Virus record (IMG/VR): IMGVR_UViG_3300049846_001989
Span: 1 to 54,249 of that record
Source: a virus
Lineage: Duplodnaviria > Caudoviricetes
DNA: 54,249 nt
Strand: one strand, 5' to 3'
Shown: piece after piece, positions 38,039-47,643 of the stretch
Numbering within the stretch: position 1 is the stretch's first letter
Layout of the letters: each line of letters begins with the position of its first letter
Program-made: the position numbers and the translations under genes
The notes under the pieces: model-generated
Told to the model about the DNA's origin: nothing
Databases searched by the model: none
The model's input: the letters and a program-made list of their open reading frames with translations, nothing else

Positions 38039-38388
38039 TTGGAGGCTGGCTCCACAGTATGTAAGTCACCAACGCTGCTGCTGTCACCAGCATCAACGCC
38101 GCTACCGGATACCAGAACTGTGCTTCGCTCGGAGTCAGGTGCATGCTTACATACCTCTACCAGGGCCTCGTGCCGTATCCGGCACCTCTCGTACATGGTA
38201 CCCCAAATAATCATGGTATCCAAGACTGCCTGGCCGTCAACGCCCTGTAGATCCGGTAAGCGTGGGCACGCTGCCGTAGTGTTGGCCGGCGGCCGCTCCA
38301 CCTTTGGCGGCGTTGATAAGCTGCACGCCATCAGGGTCAAGACACTGGTTGCGATACACAGGTTTTTCGATAATCTTGTTGCGGTCAC
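38035..38388 (-). CDS. Rz1: o-spanin (Rz1-like lipoprotein)
   Basis: Lipobox LTLMA-C, Pro-rich linker, YERCRIRHEALV; overlaps the i-spanin in another frame; GTG start inferred. Confidence 0.75.
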   Translation of the reverse strand: MTATRLSKNLCIATSVLTLMACSLSTPPKVERPPANTTAACPRLPDLQGVDGQAVLDTMIIWGTMYERCRIRHEALVEVCKHAPDSERSTVLVSGSGVDAGDSSSVGDLHTVEPASK

Positions 38389-38608
38389 GGAACACCACCC
38401 ACGTTTTGTTATCAAGGACAGACAGCTTGTCTTCAAGGGTTTTGGAAATTGCGTGTTCGCGCTCGCGCTCGGCCTGGGCGACCAGCTCAGCACCACGAAC
38501 TTCGGCGAGTAGTAGTGAATCCGTGCGGTACTGGTTTACTTTCCACCCGGCGGCGAAACAAAGCGCTGCGGCCAGCAAGCCGACGACGATTTTAAGGTTG
38601 GCGCCCAT
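38237..38608 (-). CDS. Rz: i-spanin (Rz-like)
   Basis: N-terminal TM (FAAGWKV), coiled coil, KIIEKPVYRNQCLDPDG. Confidence 0.8.
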   Translation of the reverse strand: MGANLKIVVGLLAAALCFAAGWKVNQYRTDSLLLAEVRGAELVAQAEREREHAISKTLEDKLSVLDNKTWVVFRDRNKIIEKPVYRNQCLDPDGVQLINAAKGGAAAGQHYGSVPTLTGSTGR

Positions 38609-38609
38609 A

Positions 38610-39152
38610 TCAAGCCTCGTTCTCCGAAACCGCGCCAGATGGCGCCAAGTGGATGGCGCGAACTGACTCGGGTTTGGCGCGATACGCGCAACGCGAGGCC
38701 AGGATGCGGGACTTGGGGATGCGTGTGATGCACACACAATCGCGCTGGTTGCCGCCCAGGACGTGGAAACACTCGTTATCTTCCCCGACATACAGGCCGA
38801 CGTGGCCGCTAACGTCCCCGCGCGCAAAAACGAGGATGCAGCCGAGTTCTGGCTGCGTGCTTGTACCCCATTTGGCCCAGTCGCGGGCCCACAACGGGTT
38901 CTTCGGCAGGGGTTTGCCGGCGCGTTTGGCAATGATGGCCGCGAACAGCCCGCACCACGGGGTTTCTGTACGCTTGTACACGTTGTCGAGACCAAGTTCC
39001 TTGGCCCAGGACAGCACTTCGGGGTTGTCCTTATATGCTTTATCTCTCGCCGGGAGCCGTTCTACAACGCCGTACAATTTCAGCGCTTCGATCAACATCC
39101 TCGGCGCCGTTTCATTAGCCAGCCAGGCGTATTGTGCGGGGAGCTCAGTCAT
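38610..39152 (-). CDS. Endolysin, TIGR02594 / NlpC-P60-like peptidase
   Basis: ETPWCGLF, ARDWAKWG, GHVGLY and VLGGNQ motifs; directly upstream of the spanins. Confidence 0.85.
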   Translation of the reverse strand: MTELPAQYAWLANETAPRMLIEALKLYGVVERLPARDKAYKDNPEVLSWAKELGLDNVYKRTETPWCGLFAAIIAKRAGKPLPKNPLWARDWAKWGTSTQPELGCILVFARGDVSGHVGLYVGEDNECFHVLGGNQRDCVCITRIPKSRILASRCAYRAKPESVRAIHLAPSGAVSENEA

Positions 39153-39155
39153 GCG

Positions 39156-40253
39156 TCATGGGTCCAGCGTTATTTGCGTACGTTCGCTCCCCACCATATC
39201 CGCGGTCACGCGGGCGGTGGCTCCATCCTGCGACTTAAACACTACGGTCGCTGTATTGTTGCCATTATCCGTTATTGTTGTTTCGCCGGCAACTGCGGCG
39301 AGGATAATACGCATTACATCCCCAGCAGACAGAGCGCCTTCGATGTTTCCGACCCACGGGTCCCCCGCCGCGCCCGCGGCGTTTAGTTTTTCGCCCATAG
39401 ACCCGGTATCGTCGAAGGTGGCGCTAACCGCATTCCACACGGCTGCTGCCAGGTTCTGAGGGGACAGTTCTGTGTACGGAGTTATATCCCCGGACAAGGC
39501 GCCGGTCGCCCGTATCGTGGTGTTGGTCGAGACAGTGGCGGCGGCCGAGGCGACAAGATCTACGACCCCGCCCAACAACACTGCGGGAGCGGTAATAGTT
39601 ATGTCGGCCGAGCCGACTGCGTTTTTTCCCGCCGCCGCGGCGGCGTCGACCGAAAACGCTGAGGCGGCCGCCCCATCCAGCACTGCTACCCCCATTAACA
39701 GGGACGTTGGGGAAAACGAAACCGTGGCCTCCCCAAGTGCATAGAGCGCGGCGGCTAAGTTAGCTGACGAAGAAAACGAGAAAGTGTCTGAGGCCGTTAT
39801 TGGTGCGACGGCTGTCAGATCTGCGGCCGGCGTATGTGAGGTTGCAGCCGCGCCGCCCATAAAGCCAAGAGCCAAGAGCTCCGCAGCTTGTGTTACGGTC
39901 AGAGTCGCTGTGCCGGCCCCGAAAGTTAGTGCTGAAATGTCCGCCGCTTGTGACACAGTTATTGTTGTGTCAGCGAGTGCGTTCCGCCCCCCGGCTAGCA
40001 CAAGCGTACCGGTCATACCGTGGTCTGCAGTGCGGGCTGCGGACAGGCCGCCTGCTACACGGGGTTGGGCCCACGCGTACTGCTCACTATATCCGTTCTG
40101 AAAACCGCTCTTGTTAGTTTCGGACGACGCCGCGTCCCCAACATAAAAATTCTGTATTATCTGGGGGCGAAGGTATGCGTGTGGATTAGAAAACGCCGCG
40201 CCGAAATCGGCGGCAGTGTTTCTGTTAACTTGCGCGTAGTTAGCCAGCAGCAT
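39156..40253 (-). CDS. Ala-rich tail-associated structural protein
   Basis: Ala/Thr repeats; LAAAVWN...GSMGEKL motif; start reassigned to ATG 40253. Confidence 0.65.
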   Translation of the reverse strand: MLLANYAQVNRNTAADFGAAFSNPHAYLRPQIIQNFYVGDAASSETNKSGFQNGYSEQYAWAQPRVAGGLSAARTADHGMTGTLVLAGGRNALADTTITVSQAADISALTFGAGTATLTVTQAAELLALGFMGGAAATSHTPAADLTAVAPITASDTFSFSSSANLAAALYALGEATVSFSPTSLLMGVAVLDGAAASAFSVDAAAAAGKNAVGSADITITAPAVLLGGVVDLVASAAATVSTNTTIRATGALSGDITPYTELSPQNLAAAVWNAVSATFDDTGSMGEKLNAAGAAGDPWVGNIEGALSAGDVMRIILAAVAGETTITDNGNNTATVVFKSQDGATARVTADMVGSERTQITLDP

Positions 40254-40254
40254 G

Positions 40255-41427
40255 TTAGTTCCAGACAAAATTCAAGTACCCCGAAAACGCACTGTTCGCG
40301 GGTGTGGCAACTCCCGAACCCCACACCCAGTAAAGGGCCGCCCCATCATAAACTCTGGGTAGAGACGGTAGCCCGAAAGCAAAGTTCTGCTCCGCCGCTA
40401 AGCCTAGTGTAGAAAGCGGAATTTGCGCCAATTCGCGGATGAGGGCGACGGTATATTCGCCGGACACATAAGAGACAGAATTTTGTATTGTGTTGATTTC
40501 GGCGATGCCCGCATCTCCAGCCTGTAGGGGCATCTGATAGTTGTATTTGCCCGTTCCAGTCGCGCCTGTATAAATAATGTGGCTATTAGAAGCGGCGGAT
40601 TTGCCTATCGGCAGTGTTGTTGGCGTGGCGCGCGAAGTCGCTTGCGCCGAGTTTGTATACCCCAGCGACATGTTCGGTGTGGCGGCTCCAAGCGCTGTGG
40701 AGTTGCTGTTAAATATAATGGCCTGGACCCCAGCGCCGTTTGTATATCTAGGAAGGAGCCAGGACATTGTGTGCGTACCAGTACCGGCGTCGGTTATGTT
40801 GATCGCAGTGCCTGCGATGGCGTTGGCGTAGGACGTAGCCAGCTTACAAGTGGCGTCAGAAACTCGGATCACATAATAATCTGTGGCAAGCGCCAGGCCC
40901 GCAGGTAGTGTTGTTGTGGTGGTTAAACGGACGCGCGTCCCCGTCAGCAAGTTGCTCGGGATGTTCGCAGTGCTCGTGTACGTTATGACGTCCGTAGACG
41001 CATCTGCTGTGAACGTATCAGACTGCCCCAAAGTATTTGTCGTCGCCTGTGCGGTAGCAGTGGTGACCGATGTGACCCGATAAAACCCGATCACATCTAC
41101 TAAAGCCAATACCCCCGGAACTACGGTTGCTGCAGCAGAGACCGCTGACGCGCTGGCCAGATACTTGTAGTACGTCGGCTGCACGTTTCCGCCGTGCTGC
41201 ATGGCCCCGGCGGACGCAGTATTTTCTTTCACTGCTTGGAACGTAAGGTTCGTACCCGCATTAAAGATTGCATCCGCGCCGGGATTTCCGCCGCCACGAA
41301 AGAGGGTGTGCCACTCGTTGGCTACTGCCGCAGCTGTCGGATTGAATGCTTTTCCCCAATTGCTGCGGAACGTCTGCCCAGCACTGAAGGCCGAGATCAA
41401 TTGGTCTGTGCTTGCTATGCCGGGCAT
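40255..41427 (-). CDS. Tail-associated structural protein (paralog of 41436-42299)
   Basis: LPRYTNGAGVQ, YTN and LQAGDAG motifs; GAGGTG RBS. Confidence 0.7.
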   Translation of the reverse strand: MPGIASTDQLISAFSAGQTFRSNWGKAFNPTAAAVANEWHTLFRGGGNPGADAIFNAGTNLTFQAVKENTASAGAMQHGGNVQPTYYKYLASASAVSAAATVVPGVLALVDVIGFYRVTSVTTATAQATTNTLGQSDTFTADASTDVITYTSTANIPSNLLTGTRVRLTTTTTLPAGLALATDYYVIRVSDATCKLATSYANAIAGTAINITDAGTGTHTMSWLLPRYTNGAGVQAIIFNSNSTALGAATPNMSLGYTNSAQATSRATPTTLPIGKSAASNSHIIYTGATGTGKYNYQMPLQAGDAGIAEINTIQNSVSYVSGEYTVALIRELAQIPLSTLGLAAEQNFAFGLPSLPRVYDGAALYWVWGSGVATPANSAFSGYLNFVWN

Positions 41428-41435
41428 GATCCACC

Positions 41436-42299
41436 TCAATTCCAAATAGTTGTTAGTCCGCCGCGAATAGAAACTCCGGACAGGGACCCTTGGGGCAATA
41501 CGACAGCTGATAAAAACGCGTCGTCCTGTATCTCCGGGAGTTCATTCGCCATGATCAACAGGTCTTTCTCGTAAACAGCGTCGGTTGACCTGACTACAGA
41601 ATACGCTATCGGGCGGACCAGGACTATGGAAAAAAACCCCGTGTCCGCGCCCAACATAGTAACAGACTGTACTGACCTTACACCAGTATCCCCGTCTTGC
41701 AGTCCTATAAATGGCCCGGCTGCGCCGGCCGTTGCGGTTGCTGATGTCACCACTGTCCCGGGGGCGGCGGCCGAATTCTGTGTCACTGTCTGGCTTGTCC
41801 TACCAGCCACGCCGTCTTGGTTCGTGTAACTCACTGTAAATTGTTGCCCACCCGTCCGGGATGAGATTGTAACCGCCATCATCTGAACCCCGGCTCCGGT
41901 CGTGTACCTGGGGAGCGATAACGTGTTGGTCATTACTTGGGGCTCAAGAACTCCGTCCTCTACAGACGGGTAATAGAGCAGATAATCCATAAGTATTAAC
42001 GGTAGTGGGAGTGGGGTTGCACTAACACACTGCAAACGAAGTTTTCTGGCATATTTCGTCGCCGTGCCTGAGAGCGCAGCACCGTGGTATATCCCACCGT
42101 CCCCAGACTGCGTAACCTGCTGGGCCACCAACGGTGTGGCGTCAAACCATTGTTTTGACTTCGGGTTACCAGAAGCCCCAGTCACGTCGTACCACAGCCC
42201 GGCCGTCGTAACCTGGTTCACTATCTTCACCCACTCTGTGAACCTGCTACGGCCTTCAAGCTCCGCTTGGCAGGCCGTCAGGGCGTTGGTAACCGGCAT
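41436..42299 (-). CDS. Tail-associated structural protein
   Basis: LPRYTTGAGVQ, YTNQDG and LQDGDTG motifs. Confidence 0.7.
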   Translation of the reverse strand: MPVTNALTACQAELEGRSRFTEWVKIVNQVTTAGLWYDVTGASGNPKSKQWFDATPLVAQQVTQSGDGGIYHGAALSGTATKYARKLRLQCVSATPLPLPLILMDYLLYYPSVEDGVLEPQVMTNTLSLPRYTTGAGVQMMAVTISSRTGGQQFTVSYTNQDGVAGRTSQTVTQNSAAAPGTVVTSATATAGAAGPFIGLQDGDTGVRSVQSVTMLGADTGFFSIVLVRPIAYSVVRSTDAVYEKDLLIMANELPEIQDDAFLSAVVLPQGSLSGVSIRGGLTTIWN

Positions 42300-42739
42300 T
42301 AGTCAACGGTGGCTGTCAAGGCCGCCGCGGCAAACTGTGGCTGAATACCGTTTGAAACGGACAGCGACGACGACAGCGCGCCGGACAAGATGATTTGCCC
42401 CGCCCCTGAAGATAGGGTGCCGATCGAAAAGTGTGTAATCGTGTTGGTCCCGCCCGTGGCTTGGGGAAACTGAACCAACGCCGTGTTACTGATGGTAGAC
42501 GACGAACGCGTCCACCCGCCAGCCGACCGGGCAACCGCGACGCGAGCGTACGAGGTGTAAGTCGCCTCGTTCGTGGTCTGGTCGCCAGCTTCGCCAGGGT
42601 CAGAAGTGTGCAACGCTATGTAGAAGCTGCCGGCCGCCGCGCTGTTTTGCAGCCCGCCGGCGTCGCCCACATTCGCCCAATCCGTGTTGAGGAACAGTAG
42701 ATCCAGAAGGGCTGCTTCGGCCGCGTTACTCATACTCAT
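42299..42739 (-). CDS. Minor tail protein
   Basis: YIALHTSDPGEAG...EATYTSYARVAV...ITHFSIG pattern. Confidence 0.75.
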   Translation of the reverse strand: MSMSNAAEAALLDLLFLNTDWANVGDAGGLQNSAAAGSFYIALHTSDPGEAGDQTTNEATYTSYARVAVARSAGGWTRSSSTISNTALVQFPQATGGTNTITHFSIGTLSSGAGQIILSGALSSSLSVSNGIQPQFAAAALTATVD

Positions 42740-42754
42740 GTCTGTACCCTCAAC

Positions 42755-42991
42755 TCACCACCCCGAAGGGAAATATGCGTTTCCGCCGGCCGCCCCTGGG
42801 GGGCCCTGCGGTCCTGGGGGGCCTTGAGGCCCCTGTTCTAACCCGAATATTACCACGGTCTCGGGCTCTGTGGTAGTGACGGTGTCTTCGTCATAAGACT
42901 CTATAACGACAGTCTCGCTATCCTCGTATACGACCGTTGTCTGCGTATCCGTTTCTATGATGACTATAGAGTCTTCAGGGCCGTTAGACAC
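42755..42991 (-). CDS. Small acidic protein with a short collagen-like repeat
   Basis: GPQGPPGPQGPPG. Confidence 0.65.
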   Translation of the reverse strand: MSNGPEDSIVIIETDTQTTVVYEDSETVVIESYDEDTVTTTEPETVVIFGLEQGPQGPPGPQGPPGAAGGNAYFPSGW

Positions 42992-43337
42992 CGCGTGTTA
43001 CCTCTTTCTCCAAATGAACCGCGCCACGACACAGTCTTATGACCTCGCCGTCCCCATCTACCAACTCGAGATCATAAACCGCGTCGGTAAAGGTTAAGGC
43101 CGCCGTGTCCGCCGACGCGACAAATAACGTTAGCTTGCCTTCATCCGCCGTTATGGTTATCCGCCCATTCTCCGTAGTTAATTCCAAGAGCACTGCGTTG
43201 CTGGCCACAGTCTGACGTACCTGCATTCGAGCTGTGTACCCCGTAAGATCCGCTGCCACGTTGTTTGGCTTGTAATATAGGACCTTGTCGAAGCGGGCGC
43301 CCTGCTCTATGGTCAAGTCTATTTGTGCCGGCTTCAT
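42984..43337 (-). CDS. BppU/LtfC-like Ig-fold tail adaptor protein
   Basis: IEQGA.F...DLTGYTARMQVR...YDLEL...G; start reassigned to ATG 43337. Confidence 0.75.
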   Translation of the reverse strand: MKPAQIDLTIEQGARFDKVLYYKPNNVAADLTGYTARMQVRQTVASNAVLLELTTENGRITITADEGKLTLFVASADTAALTFTDAVYDLELVDGDGEVIRLCRGAVHLEKEVTRGV

Positions 43338-43990
43338 CACAACCCCCTGTAAACAACTTCGCGCGGACGATGCTCCCGACGCTCCCGCTCGGCCTTGGCT
43401 TGATCGCAATACCGGCGAAACACGGCTTCGAATTCTGAGGATTTCGTCGGGTCGAACGTCTCAGCATCCCGTTTACGGTACGCATACATCGCGATCCCAT
43501 CCACCAAATGAATGTGGTGCTGCTCCTGAATCTCCAGCTCCCCGCTGCCGGTCGATGTTATATCCGTTAGCGGGAGACGGTACACTACCAGTTTTACCTG
43601 TTCAGCGGCGTTTGGGATAGGCACCGCGCGTACGTAGTTTTGGTCCAGCCCCGTGACGAGGATTTCTATCGCCCCGGTCGCTGTGGAGAACGCAATCCCG
43701 GCGTCTTCCATATTTTCAATGTTAAAGACGTCGACGGCGGTGCCGTCAGACACCCGGTACGCACTGCGTATCTTTAAAACGCGGGGGGACAGCGTGTAGT
43801 ACTCCACACCGTCCACCAGATTCAAACTTGTTACCCCGGATCTGGAATCTCCGATACCGCCGGTCAGAGCACAGAAATCTTTCTGCGCGCTATCCATATA
43901 CCGATAAATGTCCGCGTCGGACCACAGGTACGGCTCAACCTCGTCCCGCATCTCCGAACGAAAAACCGCCAAAAGTTGAGCGGGCGTCAT
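43337..43990 (-). CDS. Head-tail adaptor protein
   Basis: FRSEMRDEVEPYLWSD...AYRKRDAETFD; follows the capsid genes. Confidence 0.7.
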   Translation of the reverse strand: MTPAQLLAVFRSEMRDEVEPYLWSDADIYRYMDSAQKDFCALTGGIGDSRSGVTSLNLVDGVEYYTLSPRVLKIRSAYRVSDGTAVDVFNIENMEDAGIAFSTATGAIEILVTGLDQNYVRAVPIPNAAEQVKLVVYRLPLTDITSTGSGELEIQEQHHIHLVDGIAMYAYRKRDAETFDPTKSSEFEAVFRRYCDQAKAERERREHRPREVVYRGL

Positions 43991-43992
43991 TA

Positions 43993-44469
43993 TTATTCGT
44001 CCTTATCAACGGCTGCGGAGTCCGCGGCCGGCATGAACTTCACACCGAGTACTTTGTCCAGACGCGCTTGGTTCGCCTTCTCTTCAGCGATGCGCTTGCG
44101 CACATCCCACAGCCCGTTGATCTCGCGTTGTGAAACCGAGAAGCGCGCGATGGTGGATACTGTTTTGTACGCGGGTACACCGGCTGCGGTGAAGTCCTTC
44201 GGGTCGTTGCGGTCGGCGATTTCTTCCAGGATGCTGTTCAGGAGTTGTTCGCGCTCCGCAGCGTTTGACGGTTCCGGGTTGATGTGCTTCGGAGCCAGGA
44301 CTTCTTCGGTCTTGTCTTCGGCAACGAACGTCATGCCGGCGGCGATGGCATCTTGAATCATGGCGCGAGGGATCCGGATAGGTTGCCCGGCGCGCACGTT
44401 GAAACTGAGCGGGTGAGTAGTCACCAGCTGGAAATTGCGGCTTGAAACCATTAATTCTGAAGCGGCCAT
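43993..44469 (-). CDS. Hypothetical head-associated protein
   Basis: DFTAAGVP motif; post-capsid position. Confidence 0.65.
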   Translation of the reverse strand: MAASELMVSSRNFQLVTTHPLSFNVRAGQPIRIPRAMIQDAIAAGMTFVAEDKTEEVLAPKHINPEPSNAAEREQLLNSILEEIADRNDPKDFTAAGVPAYKTVSTIARFSVSQREINGLWDVRKRIAEEKANQARLDKVLGVKFMPAADSAAVDKDE

Positions 44470-44495
44470 AAAAATCTCTCGTGGGGGAGGGGTTT

Positions 44496-44519
44496 AAAAA
44501 AGGCCCCCGAAGGGGCCTT
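44496..44519 (-). terminator. Rho-independent terminator after the capsid and decoration genes
   Basis: AAGGCCCC-TTCG-GGGGCCTT followed by a T-run. Confidence 0.85.
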
Positions 44520-44533
44520 CCGTAGGGCTCTTG

Positions 44534-44977
44534 TTACGCAGTGACTTCGCTTGCCTTGCCGCGAACGATATACTCCACACGAATGCGGATTTTACCGGCA
44601 GAGGCGGCCGCGACAGTAAGTGACGCGATAGTGAGGCGAATTGGCAACCCGTTGGTGTTGACATACCCAGTAGGAACCAGGGCGGTGCGCCCGGAAGTGC
44701 CCATGATGTCTGTCGTACCAAGGTACCTATTTGCCGTATCGCTATCCCCAATAGTCACGGTGAAAGCGGTCGGGCCGGCGTAGGCGGTCTCTTCGACCAT
44801 CTCGCCGCCGACAACAACAGAGTTCGCCGGCAGTTCGATGATGTCATATGCCCGTGCGCCGGTATCGTTGAAGTCGATAACCGTGCCGGAAGTAGACGCC
44901 ATATCGTCGTTCCAGTTGAAAACAAACTCCGCGCTCATTACCTGCTGAGCTGCGTCCGTAGAAAGTAAAGTTGCCAT
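44534..44977 (-). CDS. Putative capsid decoration / cement protein
   Basis: Directly after the MCP; LPANSVV.GG...TIGD...RYL beta-sandwich pattern. Confidence 0.7.
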   Translation of the reverse strand: MATLLSTDAAQQVMSAEFVFNWNDDMASTSGTVIDFNDTGARAYDIIELPANSVVVGGEMVEETAYAGPTAFTVTIGDSDTANRYLGTTDIMGTSGRTALVPTGYVNTNGLPIRLTIASLTVAAASAGKIRIRVEYIVRGKASEVTA

Positions 44978-44992
44978 GTCTGTTCTCCTAAA

Positions 44993-46102
44993 TTAAGCGT
45001 GAGCGACGAAGCAGTTGAGGACGCCAAAATCCTGGGCAGTAGCGGAACCGGAGTACTGGTTCACATACTGTGGCTTCAGGAAGCCGAGGATCTTGCCAGT
45101 AGAAATACCCAACTGGTTGCCGTAATCGAACTCTTTCTCGTTCCACTCAGGAGCGCCCAGATCTGCCATGCCCAGCGCCTGGGCGCCGCAGAACAGAACG
45201 TGAGAACCTTCAGCGATGTCAGAAGAGTCGCCGAAGTCGTTGGTGGTAGAGGTCCACTGTGGTACGTGGCGGAATTCGTGAAGCATAACTCCGTCGATCA
45301 GTACGCTGTCGCCAGTGAACAGTTCGTTGCCGCCGCCGCGAGTCTGAGCGTAGCGCAGGTTCTGTTTGTAGTCGTCGCTCTGCTTCAACAGCATCATAGC
45401 CTGCGGGCACAGGAACGCGTGGTAGATCTCCTGGCTGCCGTTCTTCACGCCGCGGATATACTGCTCTTTGGCGTACTTCTTCAGCTCCATGATCATGTTC
45501 CACGTCGGCGTGTCGCCAGCGTCTACGTCGCCAATGGCGGCGGTCGTTTCCAGGCCAGTAGAAGCGTCCCAACGGCAGCGGCGCAGATCGGATGCAGCAG
45601 CTACGTCAGCGGCGAATTCCAGGTTCTGGAGGTCAGAGCCTACGCGGGCTACACCTTTAGGGGTGTATGCGTAGCTACGACCGGCCAGGGTCAAGAACGC
45701 CAGCTGGTCGATACGGTCTGCCAGCCAGTACGCGAGAACGTCGCGGCTGTTAGAGCGGAACTCAACAATAGACTTCTGGTCGCTGATGCGGCCCTTGCTA
45801 CGGTTGGCGTGGCGCAACTGATCGACGCGGATGACCTGTTCGTAGGTCTTCATCGCCTCTTCATTGCCTTCCAGCGTGCGGTCGCCCGCTACACCGTCGC
45901 CTTCGAGGTCAGCCAACAGAGTCATAACGGCGCGGGCGCCCTTCTCTGATTTTTTAACTTCAGTGACGTGCTGGATCAGGCTGTTCGGGCCTTTGCCGAG
46001 AAATTGTGAAACGAAGGACTGGTTCCGGGCGTGTTTCCACAGATCCATACTCCAAGCTGTTTTTTGCTCGCTGGTCAAAGCGGCGAAATTGGTAAGTGCC
46101 AT
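44993..46102 (-). CDS. Major capsid protein (N4-gp56 / DUF4043-like)
   Basis: GDGVAGDRTLEGNEE, DQLRHA and FCGAQALG motifs; GAGGAGG RBS. Confidence 0.9.
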   Translation of the reverse strand: MALTNFAALTSEQKTAWSMDLWKHARNQSFVSQFLGKGPNSLIQHVTEVKKSEKGARAVMTLLADLEGDGVAGDRTLEGNEEAMKTYEQVIRVDQLRHANRSKGRISDQKSIVEFRSNSRDVLAYWLADRIDQLAFLTLAGRSYAYTPKGVARVGSDLQNLEFAADVAAASDLRRCRWDASTGLETTAAIGDVDAGDTPTWNMIMELKKYAKEQYIRGVKNGSQEIYHAFLCPQAMMLLKQSDDYKQNLRYAQTRGGGNELFTGDSVLIDGVMLHEFRHVPQWTSTTNDFGDSSDIAEGSHVLFCGAQALGMADLGAPEWNEKEFDYGNQLGISTGKILGFLKPQYVNQYSGSATAQDFGVLNCFVAHA

Positions 46103-46178
46103 GACGGCCTCCTCAAAAAATTCGGGTTTGGGTGTCTTTTACTTGCCGAATTTCGCCTCGGGCATGCGATATGTGTTC

Positions 46179-46207
46179 TTTGTACCAATAAAAACAAACA
46201 GTGTCAA
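46179..46207 (-). promoter_or_regulatory. Putative sigma70 promoter for the capsid gene
   Basis: TTGACA-17 nt-TACAAA with TG upstream of the -10. Confidence 0.55.
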
Positions 46208-46356
46208 GCGTTGTCCCGCGCCAAGTACGCCGCCAGTGTGTCGCCGGTGAGCACTGAAATATGCGCGCCATTGTGTACCAGCGCGTGTTCCGGGTTCGCT
46301 TCGAGGTATTCTTCGAGCTGCGCTGCCTGGGCTGGATATTCAAAAGTCTGGATCAT
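46204..46356 (-). CDS. Small hypothetical protein (50 aa)
   Basis: ATGA overlap with the upstream gene; GAGG RBS. Confidence 0.55.
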   Translation of the reverse strand: MIQTFEYPAQAAQLEEYLEANPEHALVHNGAHISVLTGDTLAAYLARDNA

Positions 46357-47240
46357 ACGGGAACCTCGGCAGTGATTAGCATGGCGGAGCACCCAATAAC
46401 GTCAGTAGCCGCGCCGCTGTGCTTGAGTGAGTAGAAGAGGTAGAAATCGCTCTCTGTATCCACGGACGCTGTGTATGGGGTGCCCGAACCAGTGGTGGTG
46501 TTCTGGTAGTTCGGAGCGGAGCGCTGCGCGTCTGTAGCGCGGTTACGAATCACGTGCCGGCCGCTACAGGTGCTAGCTGACGCCAACGACTGTAGCCCAA
46601 CCATCGTGTTGTTTCCAAGGGTCGCAGTGTCGGTGCCGATATAAACGTAGGTGTTTTTGGCCCCGGCGGTACTTGCAGCCTCGAACAGCGCTTCGGAATA
46701 CATCGCTCCGTATGCGCCCAATATAGTACCGGGTACCTGCTGCACAAAGAATGTGACCTCAGATGTGGAGCCCGTCAAACTACCGCCTGATAGATCTGCG
46801 AACGCCGTCGGCGACGCAGGTGCTATCGGCAGGGTACCGGCCGCCGGCGTGTAAGTGTTGTTATACACGACGCCTGCAGTGGTCGAACTCATAGTCGCGT
46901 AGTAGAAGCCTGCAGCGCTGGCGGTGTACAGGGCGCCTGCGGCAAAATACATGTAGCACTTCGTGTATTTCGTTGTCACGGCTGTGCCAAGTACGAATGC
47001 GCCCACTGCGCTGATAGACGATAGTGTGGGTGCGATGACACAGGGGAGCGGCATGTAACCGAGCAACACCCGGGCGTGGGACGGGACCCAACGGGTGCCA
47101 TTGCTACGGAACTCTGTCCCGGACGGGCCGATGTCTGTAACGAAGATCGTCTGGTTGGGGTACGAACCGGCTTCGATCCGGTTCGCCCACGTGCTTACAT
47201 CAATCGCGTCGTTGGAACGCGGCTGGAGGTATCTGGACAT
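46353..47240 (-). CDS. Putative virion appendage / head-fibre protein
   Basis: Thr/Ala/Gly-rich beta protein; IFVTDIG...F.SNGTRW motif. Confidence 0.6.
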   Translation of the reverse strand: MSRYLQPRSNDAIDVSTWANRIEAGSYPNQTIFVTDIGPSGTEFRSNGTRWVPSHARVLLGYMPLPCVIAPTLSSISAVGAFVLGTAVTTKYTKCYMYFAAGALYTASAAGFYYATMSSTTAGVVYNNTYTPAAGTLPIAPASPTAFADLSGGSLTGSTSEVTFFVQQVPGTILGAYGAMYSEALFEAASTAGAKNTYVYIGTDTATLGNNTMVGLQSLASASTCSGRHVIRNRATDAQRSAPNYQNTTTGSGTPYTASVDTESDFYLFYSLKHSGAATDVIGCSAMLITAEVPV

Positions 47241-47241
47241 G

Positions 47242-47469
47242 TCACTCCCCTTTCTTTTCAGACAACAGGCCGCCGAACGCTGCGGCGACGACCGAAGCGA
47301 CCAGCGACAGATTCTGAACGAGGCTCGGAATAGCCAGGTCCAACTGGGCCTGCTGCTCCGGGGTAATCACACCGAACAGGGCCAGCATGGCTGCCAGGGC
47401 CGCGTATGAGGACGGCTCCCGCAGGCGGGCTACGAAATACGTAACGATTTTTTGAGCTTTCGTAGACAT
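47242..47469 (-). CDS. Putative holin
   Basis: Two hydrophobic helices, RLREPSSYAAL motif, charged C-terminus EKKGE; GGAGG RBS. Confidence 0.6.
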   Translation of the reverse strand: MSTKAQKIVTYFVARLREPSSYAALAAMLALFGVITPEQQAQLDLAIPSLVQNLSLVASVVAAAFGGLLSEKKGE

Positions 47470-47633
47470 GACGTCCTCCACGTGTGTAATTTTCGGCAAA
47501 AACTGCGCATGTTCGCAAAATCATCTGTCCAGACCCCCGCCACGAAGGCGGGCAGCAGGGTCAGGCAGATACATAATAGCGTAAAAACCCCGAGCACGTA
47601 CAGTAGTGCCTGCACGGCCCGGGTTATCACCAT
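47430..47633 (-). CDS. Small membrane protein
   Basis: Long hydrophobic stretch then a basic tail; start uncertain. Confidence 0.4.
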   Translation of the reverse strand: MVITRAVQALLYVLGVFTLLCICLTLLPAFVAGVWTDDFANMRSFCRKLHTWRTSCLRKLKKSLRIS

Positions 47634-47643
47634 GTCGACCTGA

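Noticed and set aside
40800-41020. Segment of the 40255 tail protein resembling the 'E1 FCCH'-like domain, as the missing E1 of the Ubl system
   Set aside because: This small beta-domain is common in phage tail proteins. There is no ThiF nucleotide-binding (GxGxxG) adenylation domain, and the context is structural.
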